Assembly (NCBI GenBank): GCA_964035545.1
Contig: OZ037769.1
Location: 13,236,633 to 13,300,632 of the forward strand
Origin: Bugula neritina
Lineage: Eukaryota; Animalia; Bryozoa
Direction: 5' to 3'
DNA: 64,000 bases
A program made the position numbers and the translations under genes. This document shows positions 60,757 to 64,000 of this stretch, one piece after another (position 1 is the stretch's first letter; each line of letters starts with the position of its first letter). The notes beneath the pieces were generated by a model. It made no database searches and was not told the origin of the DNA. It saw only the letters and a program-made list of their open reading frames with translations.

Positions 60757-61594
60757 CTAAAGATAATAGCGCATGGTATATCTTAATATCTGGTTATTAT
60801 AATAACAAGCTAACTGAAACATAGCGTGCATTATGAGGAAAGATTTATAAAACATTTGCCAGGTTATGGTGGTAGTAGCGGTAAAGGCTATGCCTGCTAC
60901 TTGTTTACACAAAAAATTATGTACTTGAAATGAATCCCACAATGCTAAGAAAAGAATAAAAAATAAACTAATAGAAAATAAGATACAGCTTGCCAAGTTG
61001 ACTGTTCCTTGGGATTAATACAGGTCTAACACTTTATGTGCAGTTAGTTATACTCATCAACTTCGCTAAAAGCTCACTTAAACTTTCAAGTAATTTTTAA
61101 CGTAACAAATCACCAAGTGGCACTAAAAATAAATCTCTGCTAATTATCAAAGGTCAGCATTTGAAGAGTATTAAAAGCTTAATGTAAGCAAAACATAAGA
61201 CCTTAGTAGTATAATAAGCGCCTCTACGGCTATGGAAGTAAGCATCTCGTATCGGCCAACTTGTCAACATAGCGTAGACTCTATGGCTATGGAAATTAGC
61301 ATCTCGTTAACTATGTGACCATTGTATTTGTTATTGATGAATTAGCATTGTAAGCCTTAAAGTTGACAGGTGGTAGCTATTAAATTTAGCTTACAGTGAA
61401 TACACCTTTTAACTAACTACGTAGTCAGAATCTCACGTACTAAAACATTGATCTATGATTAGTTACCCTCGTTATATCACTGTTGTCACTTTGGTAAATT
61501 CTACACTCCGTATAATATTCAATAACCAGAAAGAGATTTCTTTTCACCATGAGTTTATTTTCTTGAAAAAATGTCATAATAGAATATTACAGCT

Positions 61595-62134
61595 TTAAAT
61601 TTTAACAGGATAAGAAGCTTGTTCAAAAATAAAAGGTAAGTCTACAATTTCCAGTTCTTTATTTAAAAAATTACTATATTTTTGATTAATGTAATTAAAT
61701 ATAAAAGCATCATTTGCGTATGTATCACAACAATCATTTATTAAAGATATAATGTGTTCTAGTGAGAAACCTCTGGCTAAATGCGTTAACACAAAAATAC
61801 AGTATTGTCCGCAAACTGTAGAAAATACAGATTGTAGCTGAGTGCTACTAAATTGCCAAGAGTCTACTGAATCAAATATAGCCGCAACCTCTGGCATGTT
61901 GTAAAGACCACTTCCAAAAGAGTCAAAATAAACTCCTGTGTTATTTTCTGTCTTTAGAAACATCACCCAGTGCTCTCCCGGATGATTGTGAGGTTTAGTG
62001 TTTACAACTCCACAGCAAGGATAATCCGTCAAACTACTACTAGGTATTCTATCGATTGGAAATACACCGATGAAGTTCATCTTTTTCACCCACTCATCGT
62101 TCTCAAGAATGGAATATATTTCTTTAGAATTCAT
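61595..62134 (-). CDS. Polinton adenain-like cysteine maturation protease (PRO)
   Basis: Catalytic motifs PGEHW, YFDSFG, QLQS and TVCGQYC are all intact; the ATG at 62134 overlaps the capsid stop codon (TGATG). Confidence 0.92.
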   Translation of the reverse strand: MNSKEIYSILENDEWVKKMNFIGVFPIDRIPSSSLTDYPCCGVVNTKPHNHPGEHWVMFLKTENNTGVYFDSFGSGLYNMPEVAAIFDSVDSWQFSSTQLQSVFSTVCGQYCIFVLTHLARGFSLEHIISLINDCCDTYANDAFIFNYINQKYSNFLNKELEIVDLPFIFEQASYPVKI

Positions 62135-63444
62135 CACGCGTAGAAATTTGTAAGTACCGCTCTATTCTTATCAATTTTTATACCAGAGTCAAATTCGGAG
62201 TAGACAATCACATTAACGGGTGTGTCAAGAGCCTGAGAAAACTTTAGCTCTAATCTTATTGTTCCTCGCTTCATCAAATGAAAGCAAGTGCTCAAATCTA
62301 GGTCAGGAGTTAAATCAAAGGCCATTAGACTGTAACCTTTCTCGTATTCCTCTCTATCTATATCTATTCCGCCATTGTTGAACACCTTTCCCGTTGATTC
62401 CAAGAGCGTAAAATAGTTTCTTAGAGTATTATGATTTGTGTAGTCTGAAACCAATGCCTTCTGAGGTACTTGTTTCCCGTCAACGACTAGGTTTGTATAT
62501 TTTAAATGTTTGTGCTGAAAGTTGAAAGGATTCAAATTGTACGCGCCTTCGAATGCACCAGCGTTTACAATACCTATAACTATCCTCTTAGGCAGAATAC
62601 CGTGAAATAAATTTTCTTCGTTCCAAGACAGTGAACCCAATGCGATATTGAATGACTTCATATCAACTCTTCTGATAGGATAAACGGCTGGTAATAGTTT
62701 CTTGTCTAAATTTTCAATGTGCTTTAATTGTATTCCGCTATTGATTTTAACTTTTCGAAGGAAAAAAGATGCGTTTAGGATTTTTAGTTTGCAAGTAGAG
62801 TTTTCACCAGCCATTAGCACTAAGCTGTTGTGATTCCTCACAAATTTTAATTTCATGTCTACTCCGTTTAAAATGAATCGCCTTTGAAAGAATATGTCAG
62901 CGTGCGGTCTAACAATTAATTGCACAGTTTTACTCTGCCCCGTAATTCGCCTTCTAGCTTCCAAGCCTTCATTATCACCACCAATGTGATCCATTTTTCC
63001 GGGTGTATCCTTTGAGTAGAGTGACATTGATAGTTGTGACTTTTTAGCTTCATCGGAGTAACTTAGTAAAGTTTCTATAAGAGCTCTGTAGTGGTAGAGA
63101 TTAGAAGCGTTGGAAATAACTACATCATTTAGCATAATTTCTACTTGTTGAAATAATGTGTGACCCAAAAGGTTTATAGGAGCCGCATCACCTTGAGCAT
63201 CGAGATCCGTACCGTCAGCTTTTGTTATTTTCACCTCTAATAATAGATAGCTTGAACTGAGGTCAAGGTAGTTGTTCGAATCACCAGAGATTGAGAACTT
63301 TATAGGTCCCTCATCATTCAATGAGGTTGTGGGCATATGTTCTACGTGATATCCTTCTTCGATTGATGCTTGAGTAGGTAGTGTAGAAAATAAATCTAAT
63401 TCGGGTTTGCCAGCGAGGCAGCTATGTTCCATTATGAAACTCAT
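62134..63444 (-). CDS. Polinton major capsid protein (PY, double jelly-roll), 436 aa
   Basis: Typical PY motifs ELDLF..PTQ.SI, YLDLSSSYL, LFQQVEI.LN, YHYRA.IETLLSY, PHADIFFQ, LPKRIVIG, NPFNF, GYSL.AFDLTPD, G.IRLELKF. Confidence 0.92.
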   Translation of the reverse strand: MSFIMEHSCLAGKPELDLFSTLPTQASIEEGYHVEHMPTTSLNDEGPIKFSISGDSNNYLDLSSSYLLLEVKITKADGTDLDAQGDAAPINLLGHTLFQQVEIMLNDVVISNASNLYHYRALIETLLSYSDEAKKSQLSMSLYSKDTPGKMDHIGGDNEGLEARRRITGQSKTVQLIVRPHADIFFQRRFILNGVDMKLKFVRNHNSLVLMAGENSTCKLKILNASFFLRKVKINSGIQLKHIENLDKKLLPAVYPIRRVDMKSFNIALGSLSWNEENLFHGILPKRIVIGIVNAGAFEGAYNLNPFNFQHKHLKYTNLVVDGKQVPQKALVSDYTNHNTLRNYFTLLESTGKVFNNGGIDIDREEYEKGYSLMAFDLTPDLDLSTCFHLMKRGTIRLELKFSQALDTPVNVIVYSEFDSGIKIDKNRAVLTNFYA

Positions 63445-63455
63445 AGTATAGTATT

Positions 63456-63887
63456 CTATGAAAAGATATCACGTTTAGTAACCCTACGTCTTTTCACCTT
63501 TGAAGACTTGGAAGAAGTAACTCTGTTAGTCTGACGCTTCCTTTTTTTATTTCGATTTCTGTTGGTGACGTATGTAATACCTTTAGTAATAACCTCTCCA
63601 GCCGCGCTGTTGACGTTATCTTTAATTGACTCTCTGAATGGTTTACCGGATAAACTATCTCTGGCAATGTTTAGACCAGTATTTATTGCTGTCTTTCCTA
63701 AACTTTTTACACCTTGTTTTACAACAGGCAATGCTGCTTTGAGTATGTTACCAAATATGCTCCCTAAACCGTATCCTGTTTGATATTTTTCTCCTGAAAA
63801 TATTGGAATCATTCCATTTCCTGATTGTTCATATAACTGTCTATAGCTATTTGATGCGGCATCACAATCGAATGGAATTATTCTCAT
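63456..63887 (-). CDS. Polinton PW-type core/membrane-lytic protein, 143 aa
   Basis: Q.G.G motifs (QSGNG, QTGYGLG), then an amphipathic helix GLGSIFGNILKAALPVVKQGVKSLGK and a K/R-rich C-terminus ending DIFS; located between penton and major capsid. Confidence 0.8.
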   Translation of the reverse strand: MRIIPFDCDAASNSYRQLYEQSGNGMIPIFSGEKYQTGYGLGSIFGNILKAALPVVKQGVKSLGKTAINTGLNIARDSLSGKPFRESIKDNVNSAAGEVITKGITYVTNRNRNKKRKRQTNRVTSSKSSKVKRRRVTKRDIFS

Positions 63888-64000
63888 ATTAGGTTTATAG
63901 GTTTAACTTTTCGAATATCTACCGTTACCACTGTACGTCCATGCGTGAATGGTACTCTTTCACCGTAATCCGTGTATATATAAATTGATACACTCGAAAC
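63884..64000 (-). CDS. C-terminus of Polinton minor capsid/penton (PX), partial
   Basis: Open frame VSSVSIYIYTDYGERVPFTHGRTVVTVDIRKVKPINLI* matches the penton C-terminal I.I.D..G..V.F..G...V pattern; its TGA overlaps the PW ATG (ATGA). Confidence 0.75.
   Translation of the reverse strand, partial: VSSVSIYIYTDYGERVPFTHGRTVVTVDIRKVKPINLI

Larger units (their letters stand above)
61205..64000 (-). mobile_element. Polinton/Maverick (adintovirus-like) element, one end; continues beyond the window
   Basis: Intronless co-oriented penton/PW/major capsid/protease cassette; AGTAGT terminus at 61205 followed by about 29-bp direct repeats CTCTA(C/T)GGCTATGGAA..AGCATCTCGT (near 61222 and 61279). Confidence 0.9.

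Overview
This is AT-rich, intron-rich eukaryotic DNA, probably from an invertebrate animal, so the long ORF-track hits miss most of the genes. I assembled five spliced host genes by hand using GT-AG boundaries with consistent phases. (1) A 13-exon zinc-finger/AT-hook protein on the minus strand, 32120 to beyond 1005, running off the left edge. (2) A 5-exon, 319-aa protein with a chromodomain, an RS-rich region and a single transmembrane helix (minus, 33272-37127). (3) Serine hydroxymethyltransferase, head-to-head with gene 2 (plus, 38608-45003, 464 aa). (4) A UBE2D ubiquitin-conjugating enzyme (minus, 45893-54803, 147 aa). (5) A short BCL11-like zinc-finger gene (minus, 57811-60756). Mobile DNA includes an intact 2970-bp pogo (DD35D) transposon in UBE2D intron 1, one end of an apparently intact Polinton/Maverick (61205 to the right edge: protease, major capsid, PW, partial penton), a TTAA-flanked non-autonomous element upstream of UBE2D, three copies of a 168-bp MITE, about eight copies of a tRNA-derived SINE, and many exon-adjacent minisatellites. 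The most novel candidate is gene 2, which could be a direct heterochromatin-to-nuclear-membrane tether.
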